Shown here: positions 23,231 to 37,737 of the stretch, piece after piece
Layout of the letters: each line of letters starts with the position of its first letter
Position numbering within the stretch: position 1 is the first letter of the stretch
Assembly (NCBI RefSeq): GCF_004010195.1
Contig: NC_057728.1
Coordinates: 27,968,108 to 28,032,107, forward strand
Source of the DNA: Chiloscyllium plagiosum
Lineage: Eukaryota
Length of the DNA stretch: 64,000 bases
Direction of reading: 5' to 3'
The notes under the pieces: generated by a model
Database searches by the model: none
Told to the model about the DNA's origin: nothing
Seen by the model: only the letters and a program-made list of their open reading frames with translations
Made by a program: the position numbers and the translations under genes

Positions 23231-24499
23231 TCAACTACATCTGTCTACTTCATCTCCTATTTTGTGTGTTTGTATGTCGTGACTTTGTAAAGTGCCATGA
23301 TTGCATTCCTAAATTTATCCAGTGGAAGTGATACAGGTCTGATCACATCCTGGCTACTAAATGTTTTCTCATCCATTTTTTGGCTCAATGCCACCATTTC
23401 AATAATTTCACATCACTCATAGCTGTTTAGGCCATGTGACGTTTTCTGTGTCTGAAGCCTGCAACAAGCTCTTTCCTACCCTCTCAGCAGGATCTTCATT
23501 AGCAGATAAACCATTCTTGACTGCAACATATACTGTCTGTCTCATATTTTCAAGACCAGGTGTTCAAGTTGTTCGAAGACGCCATCATTTTAAACCACTG
23601 CTTATGCACTTTTATTATTTCTCAGTGGAAACAAATGCAAAAGCAATATTGAATTTTCACAATATATTAGCTTTCAATTACCTTCAATATCAGAATGTTG
23701 CAATCAAAATCAAGCTGGGCAGATCCTGCTCAAGTGTTTTGCTAACATTAAACTGATTGCCATTGAAAAGAAATCAGCTTTTATCATTAGTACTCTTAAT
23801 ATTGGCTCAAAGTTATTCTTCATTGTTAACAATGCTCTATCTCTCAAACTAGGTGGCGCTGTTGCTCCTTAAAATTACATTGCTTCAATATTTCTAAGTA
23901 ATCACAGGAAAATCTTATAAATTTTAAAAACATTACGCTTTAAGTTTTAACTTCAGTTTTTGCTTCCATTCAATTTTCTATTTTGTTCTTTCTAAATCCT
24001 CTTCCCAGTCCATGTTTGAACCTTGAGTCCTGCACCATTTTTGCCTCCAATTCTATAAATCATTAAATTTAATGATGGGATTCCGATTTATTCTCATCAG
24101 GAGTCCTGACTTTGAACAGGAATCTTCTGGGGAGCAGGTGATTTTGATTACTGCTGCTGTTAACTCAGGAGAAAAGCTTCTCAGTGGCACATGTACAGTA
24201 CATTGATTCCAATACAGGGATCTTGATGAAGGGTTTATGCCCGAAACATCGACTCTCCTGCTCCTCGGCTGCTGCACTTTTACGGTGCCACCCTGGATGG
24301 TCAAGCTATGTAATATTGCCATAACTTATCCATGTTCCTTATCATCTCAGTGGATATCAACATTAGACTAATCTGTTATTTCTTTAAAATTTATTTGTGG
24401 TTTGTGAGCATGGATGACTTCACCCAGAGGGGGGAAAGGTTGTGACATCAATGCAAGACCAGTATACTACGGTACTTGAGGTAATTAATTAAAGAAATG

Positions 24500-25000
24500 T
24501 GGATGCTGCAAATCAAAAACGAAAGAAGTTGAGGTGGTGGTAGGGAGTAGAGGTGATAGGGCCCAAATAGTCAATAAAACAATTGGACAGTCAAAGGACG
24601 AGGTAAAGATCACCCTGGGGGAATAGCTGCTAATGGGGACTGTTTGTAATTAACGATGGGCTGTGTGTGGTAGCAGCCCATAATGATGACAAGGCCTGAT
24701 GTGTCAGAGTTGGACTATGGACCTGAGAGAAGATGTTTAAGCCCTAAAACTGTTGATCTCAATATGGAGTGCAGATGCTGCAGGGTTCACAAGCTGAAAA
24801 TTAGGTGTTTTTCTTTGAGTTTGCACTGAGCTTTCCTGAAGCACTGCCGCAACGCTGAGACATGTGCTATCTAGGGATCACGGTCATGTGTTGAAGTGGC
24901 TATGCAACTGAAGGCTCAGGGTCATTTATGCAGGCAGAACACAGGTGTGTGTCATTTCCCCAGAGTACAGGAGACCCCATTATGGGCAGCAAATGCAGTC
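24500..25000 (-). mobile_element. Decayed Penelope-like fragment
   Basis: Similar in layout to 1072-1590 and 48940-49730 (GIY-YIG tail remnants: GCTGAAAATTAGGTGTTTTTC..., GTTGAAGTGGC). Confidence 0.4.
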
Positions 25001-25229
25001 TATTTTGATTTTTCTTTTCTTTTTAGTCCTCAATAAAAAAAAGGAATACTAGTTAGCGAAACTGGCCTTGTAAACCAGTCAGTTCAGGAATCAAGTTCTC
25101 CCACCCCCCCCCCCCCCAAAAAAAAGCAGAAACCAACAGCAACAGTAACTCCATCTCTATACTGAGGGATTCCAAATCTCCTGGTAATATATTTTCCCCC
25201 TAAACCGAGGAGACTATCTCCTGGTTTAA

Positions 25230-26000
25230 TTTTTTTTTCCTTTTTATTCCTCTTTACCCCCACACTACCGCCTAACTGCGACTGACACAGTGATGAACAA
25301 ACAAGTATGTAAATCCTTATTAATATTCCACCAGCAGGAAAAGAAACACCCAAGTGTCAGTGACACATAATGCCTTTCTCATCAAAGGGCAATGCTGCGT
25401 GATCAGCAAAGTGAAAGTAAGGGCAGGGCAGGGGTTAAATCAAAATAGAGTTGGAGGGGGAAATAAAACACTCCACTCCCTGAATGGCTCGAGTATTGGT
25501 AGATACCGCACGCTCCTTCTCCAAAAACACCCAGGCTCGTACGTAGCTACAGAACAGGGACAGGCAATTGGCCATAACAACCCCCTCCACGATTTGCTGC
25601 CTGGACCTGTTTATGGCCAGGCCCAGGAGCAGACCCATGTGGAGGGCCTCTGACCTACCCTCCCCCCCCCTCCACACAAGGTCTCCAAAGATCAAGTGCG
25701 TGGGACTGAAGTGCAACCAAAAATAGAGGAGGTGGTTTTCCAGAAAACTAAGGAGGGAGTGCAAACACCCACATCCCATGTATACATGGCCTACGGACTC
25801 AACAGCACCTCAGAACAAGCAGTTCGGCTGGGAGTCTATGAACCGCCTTGGTTAGTGAGAAGGGAGGAAGTAAATGTACAGGTGATACACGTTCTGCAAT
25901 TGCAGGGGAAGGTGCAAACATGCTGTGGGGATGTGTTCAGAGTGAAGGAGGAGGGGACCATGGTGCCCGAGAGGAAAAGGGTTTACTCCACCTCCCCACT
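25230..26000 (-). mobile_element. L1/Tx1-clade LINE 3' fragment
   Basis: Minus-strand remnants of the RVT zinc knuckle (C..C...ESV.HVYMGC) followed by FWLHFSPTHLIFG...LLLGLA.IN.SR...CLSLF.SYVRA.V.LEKE, typical of the Tx1/L1 ORF2 C-terminus. Confidence 0.6.
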
Positions 26001-26811
26001 GCCATCCCAACTGATCTTCTGTACAAATACAAACATTTTTCCTAGCTATAATCAGTTCATGAGGAGGGTTACTGGAGCTGACACTTCAGCTCAATTTCTC
26101 TCTAGATGCTGCCAGACTGGCCGAGTTTTTCCAGCAATTTTGCATTCGATACAAGTATTCTACATGCTTTACTGTATGTGCCCACCAATAAAACGAGTCA
26201 GGGCAGCAGTAATACAGAAATATTGATTATGATACCGGTAATACAGGTCAGACTGTCAGAAACACTGGTTTTGGGGCCAATTTTATCCATGAAGGCACTG
26301 CTGGCATGAAGTGTTATGGTACCAGTATGCATGCTGTGTCAGTTTTACTAGGTATGAAGATGCTTTACAATTAATATTGTGAACTGAACTCTGAATAGCA
26401 CACTTTTTTCTGCACGTCATCATTAGAATTCTATATAATGTAAACTTTTTTGGAAGCATACACAGTTGTAAGCAATACCAGGTGTCAGCCAACACTGGCA
26501 AGGGGGAAAACCTGAAAAATAAGAAAGCCGGGAGAGATAGGCATGCTGCTCATTGGCATCATTGGAAAACATAGCACTAGTTTTCATACAAATGTCGATA
26601 ACTCCCAGTTTCATTTCTTTTGACTCCCCCAATTTTGCTAAATTGTCAAATTGATGTCTAACCACCCGGCACTGGAAGAGCAGAGATTTGCCTTGAACAT
26701 ATATTGAGAGGACAAAGCCATTGTCATACAAGTGGAGAAATGCAGTAGGTCTGGATGCATCTATGGAGAGTGAAAGTTAATGTTGAGTCTGATAGACCTG
26801 AAGAAGGGCTG

Positions 26812-26912
26812 AAGATTCCTGAAGAAGGGTTCATGCCCGAAACGTCGATTCTCCTGCTCCTTGGATGCCGCCTGACCTGCTGCGTTTATCCAGCAACACA
26901 TTTTCAGCTCTG
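26812..26912 (+). mobile_element. Penelope-like terminal fragment
   Basis: TTCCTGAAGAAGGGTTCATGCCCGAAACGTCGATTCTCCTGCTCCTTGGATGCCGCCTGACCTGCTG is the reverse complement of the block at ~1085-1155. Confidence 0.6.
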
Positions 26913-27094
26913 ATAGACCCTTCTTCATAAATTCATTGTATATTTTTTAACTTTGTTCTTTAAAAATTAGAGCCCAAACTTCAAGAAAGTTTCCTGTTAT
27001 GCCCAAGAACAGGTTTTTGAATTGTGGGGTTAGATCCCCTTTAGTGATTCTTCAAATTTGGAAGATATCTGGAAACAAAATGTGGAGTGAAGAA

Positions 27095-27590
27095 TTTATT
27101 TGATTTATTCTCATGTACTAAGACAGTGAAAAGTATTGTTTTGCATGCAAACCAGACAGATAATATCTTACATAAGTACATCATGATAATAGTACAGAAT
27201 GCAGAATACAGTGTTACAATGACAGAGAAGGTGAAGAGAAAGATCAAAACTAATATATGAGAGGTCCATTCCTAAGTCTGATAACAGCGGGCAAGGACCT
27301 GTTCTGGAATCTGTTGATACGTATTGTCAAAGTTTTGTGTCTTTCACTTGATGCAAGAGGGTGAAGAGAGTATAACCGGGCTGGAAAGGGTCTGCAATTA
27401 CGTTGGCTGCGGGAAGTATCGACTGAGGCAATGGATGGATTGAGCTGCGTTCACAACTCAGCAATTTCTTGCAATCTTGGGCTCAACAATTGCCATACCA
27501 AACTGAGATGCATCCAGATAGGATGCTTTCTATGGTGCATCTATAAAAGTTGATAAGAGTCATTGTGGACATGCTGAACTTGCTTAGCAT
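27095..27590 (-). mobile_element. Non-LTR retrotransposon 3' fragment (possibly Rex/Babar-like)
   Basis: Minus strand gives FYRCTIESILSGCISVWYGNC.AQDCKKL-like remnants and an AATAAATCAAAT-type tail. Confidence 0.55.
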
Positions 27591-28869
27591 TCTGAAGAGT
27601 TAAAGCTAAATTTCTCCTTGAATATTATACTCCACTTTGGGAACATTGATCTGTGGACTTAAAATCACCCTATCTGATCAAAGATTTTCACATGCTCATC
27701 AGCCCCAGCATCTATTACACCAACGCTGTCTGGCTGACTCCCAACCTTACCTAATTTTAACTCATTTCAAACTCTGATGGCTGCATTCTCTTCCCTCCAA
27801 GTGCCATTTCCCCATCACTCCTACCTTTGTATACATAGGTTAATCAGCCCCACTGTTCACTCAATTTCTTTAATAGGCATAAGCAGATCCGTTGCACTAG
27901 ATAGCCCCTTTCAGACTGCTACATGATTAATCTGGCACATATGGGAACATTTCAACGTACACCACATTGTGGACTGTAGTGCAACTGGGTACTCTGATCA
28001 GAATACTAATTACTTACATATAATGCAAATGTTAATTCTTAAACTAGCAATAAAAGCTCACATTAATCTTTTTAATAACCATAATCTATCCAAAGCTCTT
28101 TACAGCAGTCACTACAGTTCAAAATAAGACTGAAATCTGTGTATACCCTCAGCGCTCCCATCTGTAACCTACACTGACTTCAATGTATATCAAATCCAAG
28201 CTCATAATTCTCAACTCTTTGCTGGCAGCGTTTTTACTGTTGAAGTACAAAACAACATTTCTGCTCATCATTTTTCTTACTTTGTTCTTCCCTCTCATCA
28301 CCTACAATATTTCTGTGCATGTCTATAAATTACTCTGTGAACTCCACCTTTTTCTCCTGCGTGCCCACTCATCACCCAACCTTTGTGACTTCCACCCACC
28401 ATGATTAAAGTCTTTCACTGAGTCATTCACCTCTCCCCCCAACAGCCCAATCATCACTTCCCATCCTAACTGCATTAAATCCTACCTTTATTCCATTTCT
28501 GTCAACTATGTTCTCAGGTCCAAAACACCACAATTCAATTTTTGAAACGTCAAAACCTTCTTTACAATCCATGCCTTATATATCGATCGTTAGTCACTTC
28601 TAATGAACCTTTTGGAGAAGGCCCATTTTATTCTTTGTGCCTTTAGGCACTTTAGGATACTCACAAATCATTCCAGCCACCTTCATCATGTTTCTAACGT
28701 AGCGTTGATGCATTTTCTTTAATACAACAAGCTGCAAAAAGTTTGAATACAATGTCATAAGTGCAGTGCATTGTAAACAGGCTAACTTAAAAGAGGTACT
28801 CTTTTTACAGGTGCATGATGTGGCTCACTAGTGAGTAGCACTGACAACAGATCATATCTGATACAAAAA

Positions 28870-31800
28870 CAAGATTTACTACAGATAACTTTTAATTAGA
28901 AAATATATTAGGCACATCATCTATCCAGATTTACAGAGTACAAAATTATCCACAGAAGACATTGAGAAATTTACATCTCTTCACATATAGCTTTTATTTA
29001 AAAAAAGTCCCTTTTAGTAATTTCAACAGCAGATATCTTTTTTTTTTTAATCCAAATTTTGCATTCTACGTTCTTCTAATCCTAACAATGAAATACAGAT
29101 AAGTTTCATAGCGCCTTACACAATATTTAAGGCTCTCTCTGTAACCAAAGTATTTCTTAATCTCAGGCATAACAATATGAACTTTGAATCTAAAATCTTC
29201 AACATTCAAAACAAGACAAAATTTCATAACTTCATTAAGTTGAGAGACTTGGTTTCCACCAAAATCCCAACAGACTATTGACAGGGGCAGTATAGATTTC
29301 TCATCACTCTCCTTATACCATATTGATTAACATCAATATAAACTAATCCTGCTGCACCTTATTAGAGAACGAAAATTTCAAAAACTGAGCAGGCTACAGC
29401 CATTTGCTTTTATGAAGCTATCACAAGTGTATCAAAAAATGGAGGCAGTGAAAAAAGATCAACCATTTTCCCAAAATTTTCCAAACTAAAACAAAAAAAA
29501 ACTACCACTGTCATATTACTGACCCAACCAATACCTAAGGACAAAGTCACTTACCTTTTCTGACATTAGCTGCAGGCTTTCAGCTTCTACATTAAAGGAG
29601 GAAGAACAATTTCAAGGTATCAGTATAAAATCAAATACAATCTGAATGCTAGGGGATTTGGTCTAAATGCAAAAAAGTCACTAAACTATTTACTGGACTT
29701 AGTTTCCTAAATTTGAAGTTTTCTACCAAACCTCTTTCAAACTAAAAATGTCAGAAAGTAATAATGAAAGCAAAAATAGTCCTTAATAGGAAAAGGAGTG
29801 AGTCATTCAGTCCCTCAAGCCTGCTTTTCCATTCAATAGGATCATCTTATTAGGCATGGATGCTGACATATTCCTTTTCATGTTTGGAAATGATTGGATT
29901 TCAATAGCACTTTAGTTAAAATGGTTCTAAAAGGTGATCATTGTGCAGTAATATCGGAGACTGATTCACCAGTTTTGTGGATTCTCTATGGCTCGATACA
30001 TAAAATAAGGTGATTCATGTCACACCAGTGCAATAAAGTGAAAAAAAAAACATTAAATGCTGTTAAAATAGATAATTTACTATCCAAGATGACTGTTTTA
30101 TAACCATAAGCAAAATACTTCAAAATCAGTTTTAAAAATTAAGAGGTGATGCTTTAAAACAGTCATAGAATGTACACAAATGCAATACTCAGATTGTGTG
30201 ATCACGTTTTGTAAAATTACCATTTACCTCATGTCCATGCAACTTTGAATATTTCAGAGTGTACAGTTGAGAGACACCAGGCAATACATACAAAAGACTA
30301 CAAAATCTGGTTACATGTTAAATACTTGGACATACAACAGCAGCGTTGGTTTGGATTTTATACACAGCATCAACACTTATCAGTGCAGACTAAACATGAA
30401 CTACAATAAGAATATTTTAGTTGTAATCACACTTCCATCAATTTGGTCATTATTCTTTTTAATAGAAGTTGGTTATTGCTGCTTAACTGCACCCTTTTAA
30501 CATTAATAAATATTAATGTAAAGGAATAAAAGAATTAAATGGTTTACTGCCAGAAATGTTATTCAGGTTGGTAGCACCAGGAGATCTAGCCAGGTGTCAA
30601 AGATATCCTTAAATACAGCTAAACCAAAAGAAAAACACACCAATGCTCAAAAATATAACTGAATAGATGAAATAAGTTGTGATAGGTGTTAATTCAGCAA
30701 TGGTATTAATAAACACACAAGTAGGTTGGTGTAGCTCTAGGATGTACTCAGCTTAAATATATCTCGCAATATTAAATTAACAATGTAGCTAAGGAAAAAA
30801 AGCTCTCAACCCTGGCTGGTAGGGAAGGGTAGGAAAACTTGATATCCATCCTCAATGACAAAATGTTTGTAAATGCACACACACAGTAACCATATACTTC
30901 TTGAAAACTAGTACTTCAATACACACAAACTGAAAACTAATGGGTGGACCACAAATGTAAACAAAAATGATCACTTGGATGAGCTACATGATGGAGTGTA
31001 GGCTCCAAACTCAAGGAAGGCAAAGTGCAGCTCCCATAAATTCAATGTACTATTAAAAATCAATCCAGCATTAAAAATACCCTTCATTCCAATAATAAAT
31101 GTTATCCCCTTCCCAATTACTGTTACTGATAGAAAGGCATTGAGTGCAAGTCACCATTAGAAGGATCTACAATGGAATGGAAATTTACAGATTATTGATG
31201 CCCACAGATTCAAAAATAAAACCTAATCTTGGTCTCTCAACATCTGAAACGGAATCTTACTTTTTAAAGACATGAAATTATTGGATAATTATATCATTTC
31301 TAAAATTTAAATTAGACAAAAAACACAAGTCTTGCCTTCAAGTGATTGGTGAGAAAATGCACCAGATACTCCATACTACAGCACCTGTGGTAATATATTA
31401 AAAGTTTATCATTTCATAGAAAATTCTAGATTTGAATTTTCAAGTCAGTGGCATGTGTGACAATTTAATTGTATATGTAATGAAGCACCAATATTCCCAA
31501 CATGCAAACAAAAAGGATTAATTCCTGAAAGATGGAGCATTGAATCTAACAATATTTTTGCTATGACCTTAACAATTTAAATGTCCTTGAGACTTTTCCT
31601 ATACTTGGAGCTCCGATGATGAATTTAATATTGATTGGCTAATTGAAGTAAGGTCAATAAGCACACAGAAATCTCTCATAATTTACTAATGGGCATTTAC
31701 TGAGTAGACCGTTTCCACGTTCCAATATGCATTACTTTACTGCCATTAGGTCAGTGACCTTCATTACCCCATTTTTCAATTTGTTTAGAGGCATTTGAAT

Positions 31801-34623
31801 AATTCCCTTTGATTAGTCAGTAATGGCATTTACTTTGGCCAACTGTGAAATTTAATTGTCATATTGTGACTGACAAGTTCAATTAGCTAGAGTATGGTGT
31901 AGAATAAAACCAATAGCACAAGGGCTGTAACACCTTCCTCCACGCTTGGAGAGTGGTTATCCTCAATGCTACACAAAACCACTGATTCTACCTAATGGAC
32001 AGAAATGCTTATGATCCTTTGTGGATTGTAGCTCGGTGCTGCTGCTGGAATTGCCAGAATGCCATCCTATCTTCTTCAAAGGAGATTTTAAATTTATTGA
32101 TAATTTTCAACAACACTATTTAGCCCATCATTAATTTCATGAGTTTTAACAGTCCCTTAAATTTAACAAAAAAAAATCTGTAACTCAATTCGTATCCAAT
32201 AAATCAAGAACCACTTCAAGAGTTCCAAATGATTTGTGAGGCATAACCTATTATTTATTGTGCAAGTGCTCTTAGAAAAATACCACAAAGGGGTTTAAAC
32301 AAAGTAATATAAATTTTAAACATGATGCGTTATTTGAGAAAGCAAACTTTAGACTTTAGTAGAGTTCTGAACATTCCCATTAAAATATTAGAGCTACGGT
32401 AAACTTTGGTGAAAATCTATTAAAATTGGTGAAGTAAATGAAACAATATTGATTACGACAGGCTTGAAAGATTGAGAATCTGAGTTGACTGGAAAATTTT
32501 AAAATCCCTTGAATCCCGAGAGAGGTTTGAAAACCGAGAAGGTTTTGCGTAAGTGAATTGTTTTGACAGCCTGATACATATTAGGGCAGCTTAAACTCAA
32601 TCATCTCCAGAATGGAAAAAGAAATCTCTCAGTTACACAAAGAGTCACTTGTGATAAAATATTTCACTCTCTACATTGTGATAATCTTTTGAAGCAACCT
32701 GAATTACACATTTGCGAGTGAATACAAGATAAAGAAATTAGATAATTATTTGAAGTTGAAAAGCCTTCGTTCTGTATTCTTGATTATCATACAGCACTTT
32801 TAAAGAATGAGTGTATACCCTGCAGGTACATAACTATTCTTCTTTATTCAATCTGTATATTAAACTTCAATTTTTACAGAACAAAGAAATCACTCCAAAT
32901 CAGCCCTGTTATCTCTCAACCATTCATTGTATTCCATCCAATTGTCCTTTAAACCATTTATTCATTTCTCTGTTTAATATTCAATTTGGATTTTTACATA
33001 CTAAAACACAATTAGAAAGTGTCCCCAAAAACTAACCTCATTCTTTTTGATCAGCCTAATTTGATATCTACTAGCTACAGATTCACCAAACAGCTGAAAT
33101 AGCTTGCGTCATTTTTCTACATCAAAGCCCTCATATTTCTAGATGAGTATGCATGTCCAACTTTCAAAACTGATCAACATTTAATGCTAGCCAAACAGGT
33201 CTGTAACTGATTTATTGTTAAGTTTCACCAACTTTTCTTAGCAATCCCTTTTCCCCTCCAATAGCTCAGCAGACTCATCTTACCCTCTCATTCATACAAA
33301 AACACAGAAAAAGAGATACATACTTATTTTGTACCTCCACCATCCCTTCACACTGCATTTTCTTTTAATCTAAGCTTCAACATTTCTGCAACTATTTTAA
33401 CAATCGTTATCATTTTCCTTTCTTACTCCATAGCTTTCTTCAAAACTTTACTTAGTCCTTCTATTTTGTACATTCTAAGTACCATTTAAAATTTATTTTT
33501 TCAAATGTATTTGAAATTTAATGTTAATTTTTCTGCTCGTTAAATGATTACCAAAAGCAGCATAAACATTTCAAAGAATTCGAAATAAAGATGAAGGCGA
33601 CAGTTTGGAGTACAGCAATACCATGTCTCATCCTGAGCAAACAGCTTACAATGCAAAGGCTTCATGAAAAGCATGCAAACTATTCCATGCAACTGCCTTA
33701 CAGGTAGCACTGAAGAAACCTTTTCTCACTTAAAATAGTGATCACTCCATAAATAGGCTCCAACTTTCCCTTGTAGCTGCTGTTTAACAGCAAGATGTAA
33801 GATGCAGTCAAACATAGAAAACAATCACTGAATTTGTGTTTAACATGAGTTTGCAGATGGTTCTGTCATCAGAGAGAACTATTCCGGATCAGAAAATTCC
33901 TTTCATTCCTTGCATTTCAAATTAATAATGGTACATTGTAATGGGATATATAGTTAAGTGATTAAATTTGTTTTCATGTGGAGCATCAAAGTCATCTATC
34001 ACAGCCAATAAGTCTTAAAGGTTGTGCAAAGGGACAATTTTCAATGCCTGTTCTAGAAAACAAAATCCCAAGTTTAAAAGTGAATGGGTTATTGCAAGCC
34101 ATTAAGCAGAGTAGCTAAAGAAAATCAAACTGAGGACTTACTGAAAAGAAGAATGCAATTTTAGTTGAAACCTGATAAACAGGGAAGGCTCACTGCATTT
34201 CACAGTGGTGTAGTATGGAGTCTCTGATGTACTAGAAATAAATTCATATGAATGCATTCATGCATATGTGCTAATTCACAGCTGCTAGTTGTACAACACA
34301 TTCGCAAATGGCAAAAAAAGTCAAAGGAAAAATCAAAAACTACAAATAAATAAAATTTCCTTCAAATGTGTTTTTCTTCCAGTTAAACCGTTAATTTCTC
34401 CCATTAGTTCTCCAAAAATATTTAAATACATAGATAACTGAAGAGGCAGGAGAACAAGTGACCCATGAACTGACCTGGGCACAACTCAAGAGATTGTGGC
34501 AAGTCATGATACAAGTGCACTTGGTTTTAATTAATTTTTTTCAAACTCTATGCATCCATTCAAACCTCCTGTCTTGGTCCTTCCCAGTTCATGTAGCAGT
34601 TTGTTTGTCAAAGTTCACTTGGA
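28870..34623 (-). other. Putative long 3' UTR of DENND11
   Basis: AT-rich stretch with no recognisable SINE/LINE, directly after the stop codon. Candidate poly(A) signals are AATAAA (28993-28998) and ATTAAA (28891-28896), the latter followed by a GU/U-rich element. Confidence 0.5.
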
Positions 34624-34819
34624 TCATGGGCAACAAGGATTGTCGATAACCAACATTACATCAATGCCATAAACTTCAAGCAAGTCCATCAGGAAGATGC
34701 GATCCCCCTGGGGATCCAGCCCCATACTCCTCACATGGTCAGCTGTCAGTGTTTTATCTTGGCATGCTGAAACCTCCAGCAACATCTGGAAGATTCGATT
34801 GTTCTGTTCCATGAAAAAC
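34624..34819 (-). CDS. DENND11: DENND11 coding exon 9 (last)
   Basis: Acceptor TTGCAG|G; [64 protein letters not shown]. Confidence 0.95.
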
Positions 34820-35475
34820 CTGCAAGAGAAGTGGGACAACATTAGCTAGCTGACGAGTCAAACAGCTTTAATGCATGAAGAGTGGTAATTGCATGAAGAC
34901 ATGATGTTCACAGAAACAGTATGGCTCCCAACTTAGTAGACAGACAAATGCTCCAATTAGAGCCTTTCCAATTCTACATGAGAACAATTTAAAAAATCAC
35001 AGATCTAGACTAAGCAAATCACTCTTCATTAGCAATCAGGAAGACAAGAATGAATTAGAAGTTTACAAACTTTCTCCAATTTCTGTATTTCACAGCATTT
35101 CTTTTTGATCGCTCCGTGATCTATGCATTTTAATTTACCTGACAACCTTGCTTAGCAATTAATTCTGAACTGGAACATAATTAGACATAACTCGCCATTC
35201 ATAACTATATATTTAGATTCTTTCAATTCTTTGTGCTAACGTAAGGAAAAGTAGACACCTGGAATCCAATTCTGCATTATCGAATAAGTTTTTTCTACCG
35301 TTAAATTTATTTCAATTTATGGTTGAAACGGACTGAGACTAGACTTCAAATAAAATTGACTCACATGGTTCATTAGAATTCATCAGAGCTAGAGTTTTGT
35401 CCACTGGACAGACTTGGATCTTAATATTGCCTTTTTCCTCTCTTTCCCAACAAGTCTGCACTGCTAGTTACTTAC

Positions 35476-35544
35476 AGAATGAACAGGTCTTCTTCATTGG
35501 TACTGCAGTCTCCCCCCACCTCCTGAGAATAAAGTAGCATTTGC
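35476..35544 (-). CDS. DENND11: DENND11 coding exon 8
   Basis: CAG|G...CT|GTAAGT; QMLLYSQEVGGDCSTNEEDLFIL; 69 nt, phase 2-2. Confidence 0.92.
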
Positions 35545-35674
35545 CTGTTGAAAAGATTTATATGTCATGTGTTAGAAGCAGGACTGGAGGAATGCACTGT
35601 AGCTTTAGTCTGACTGCTCATATGTTGTGCTACAAAATTAGTTTCTCTGTTACCAAGATGACCAATTAAATACC

Positions 35675-36345
35675 TCATAGGTCATACAACATGGAAACAG
35701 ACCCTTCAATCCAATTCATCCATGCAGACTAAGTTTCCCAAATTAAAGCAGTCCCATTTACCTGCATTTGGTCCACATCCCTCTCAACCTTTCCTATTTA
35801 TGTACCTGACCAAATATCTTTTAAACGTCTGAACTGTACCAGTTCATTCCATACACTCATCACTCTGTGAAAAAGGTGCCCCTCAGGTCCTTTTTAAATC
35901 TTTCTTCTCTCACCTGAAAAATATGCCTGCTAGTTTTGAACTCCTCGGGAAAAGACTTTTGCTATTCACCTGATCTCAGCCCCTCACCATTTTATAAACC
36001 TCAAAAGGTCACCCCTCACAACCTCCTATGCTGCAGTGAAAGAAGTCCCAGCCTCTTCAGACTTTCTCTAAAATTCAAACCCTCCAGTCCCACTAACATC
36101 CTTGCAAATCTTTTCTGCACCTTCTACAATTTAATAATATCCCTCCTATAGCAGGGCAACCAGAACAGTACACATCCTCCAAATGTGGCCTCCCCAGTGT
36201 CCCATACAACCGCAAGTTGGCATCCCAACACCCATACTCAATGGTCTGACCAATGAAGGCAAGCATAGCAAACATCTCTTTACCACCCTGTCTACCTGTG
36301 ACACAACTTCCAAATAACTATGTAGCTGAACCCCTAGTTCTCTGT
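35675..36345 (-). mobile_element. CR1 LINE 3' fragment (DENND11 intron 7)
   Basis: MLAFIGQTIEY..W...LRLY.TL.RPHLE-type CR1 C-terminus plus tail; homologous to 7905-8335 and 54660-55250. Confidence 0.8.
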
Positions 36346-37269
36346 TCATATATCAGGATTTAAATTCAAAAAGATCCATCAACCAGGTTTCTTAAACAAT
36401 TATGGGTTTATTATTTCATCAAAATTTACCCAATAAAGATACAATAATTGATGAACTTACATAGTCAGCAACATAGAGGTATTTTCACCTACAAACATTC
36501 CCAAATGACACATGCAAATATGAACAAATATGCTTCAGAAACAGAGGAAAAGCGATTTCTCTGTAAAGAATGGCTATATGAAAAACAACAATAATTCTGG
36601 CCAAGAGGTTATTCTTGTAGTCAAAAAGATAAAGATTACGATTTTGTGGCATCTTTTGCTCTCATGCTCTGACACATATAGACATGAATGGCTGTCTCTA
36701 AGATCTCATGGTTACAGCTTGCTCAGGAAATAGCATCTTCCAGATATTCTTTTAATCATTCTTTCAGAACAAATAGGCTGTATTCCAAACTAATGCAAAA
36801 AGAGTTTTCTTTCAGAAATGGGAAAGATCAGCTGGGCAACTTGTTCATAGTTGGCTTCTCCCAAAAGAATCAGATAAAACCACTTCAAGCTAGTCACAAT
36901 TAACAAACAAGCTCCAGTATGCTCTACAGTAAAGCAAATAGTGATCACTAATTATGAAACTTCTGGGAAGCCTTGTTAAAAAATATCTTCAACGTCCACA
37001 GTGAACCTTCAATGAACTCTTTTGAAGAAGCTTCTCCCCGATTGTCCACAATACTTGAAATGCATTCCATTTCCGACAAGCCTTCAAAATTTAAACCCTC
37101 TAAGCAATATTAAATACAGAACAACTTCATTGCACATGCAAATATAAATAGAATACTATACACAGTTCCATCTGCAGAGCGAGGGCAATAAAAGTATTCA
37201 CAAGGCAAAAGCACAAGCCATCCATTGCCTGCCTAAATTATACAATAATCAGGAGTATCTATCCTCACT

Positions 37270-37465
37270 CAGAATCCCTACAGTATGGCAGCAGGCCATT
37301 CAACCCACTGAATCTATACCCACCCTCCAAATAGCATCCCACCCAGACCCATTCCCCTACCCTGTAAACCTGTATTTTTCACAGCTAGTTCACCTAGCCT
37401 ACACACCCCTGGACATTCTGGGTAATTTAGCATGGCCAATCCACCTATACTGTACATCTTTGGAC
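37270..37465 (-). mobile_element. HE1/V-SINE 3' half
   Basis: GGGTAATTTAGCATGGCCAATCCACCT...CATCTTTGGACT plus the CCCACCCAGACCCATTCCCCTACC tail, as in the full copies. Confidence 0.7.
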
Positions 37466-37586
37466 TCAATTCTTCGAATATCCTGAAGTAATAGGACAGA
37501 GTGTTAATTAACCAATACATCATTTTTAAGTAAAAGAGGAAAAGGGAGAGGAAAACTGAGGGGAAAAGAAAAGGGATTTTGCTTAC

Positions 37587-37737
37587 CTCTGGTCATTGAG
37601 CTTACGATACTTGTCCTTATCTGCACTGTTTATTTTAAGTAGTTGCTGCAGGTGCTCACGGTCTGCTTTCACATTTTGGTTATCAACGTAAACATCATAC
37701 AGATCTTTTTTTTCTTCAAAAATCTTTTCTGTTGTGC
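37587..37737 (-). CDS. DENND11: DENND11 coding exon 7
   Basis: AAG|GC...AG|GTAAGC; (C)[49 protein letters not shown](R). Confidence 0.94.
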
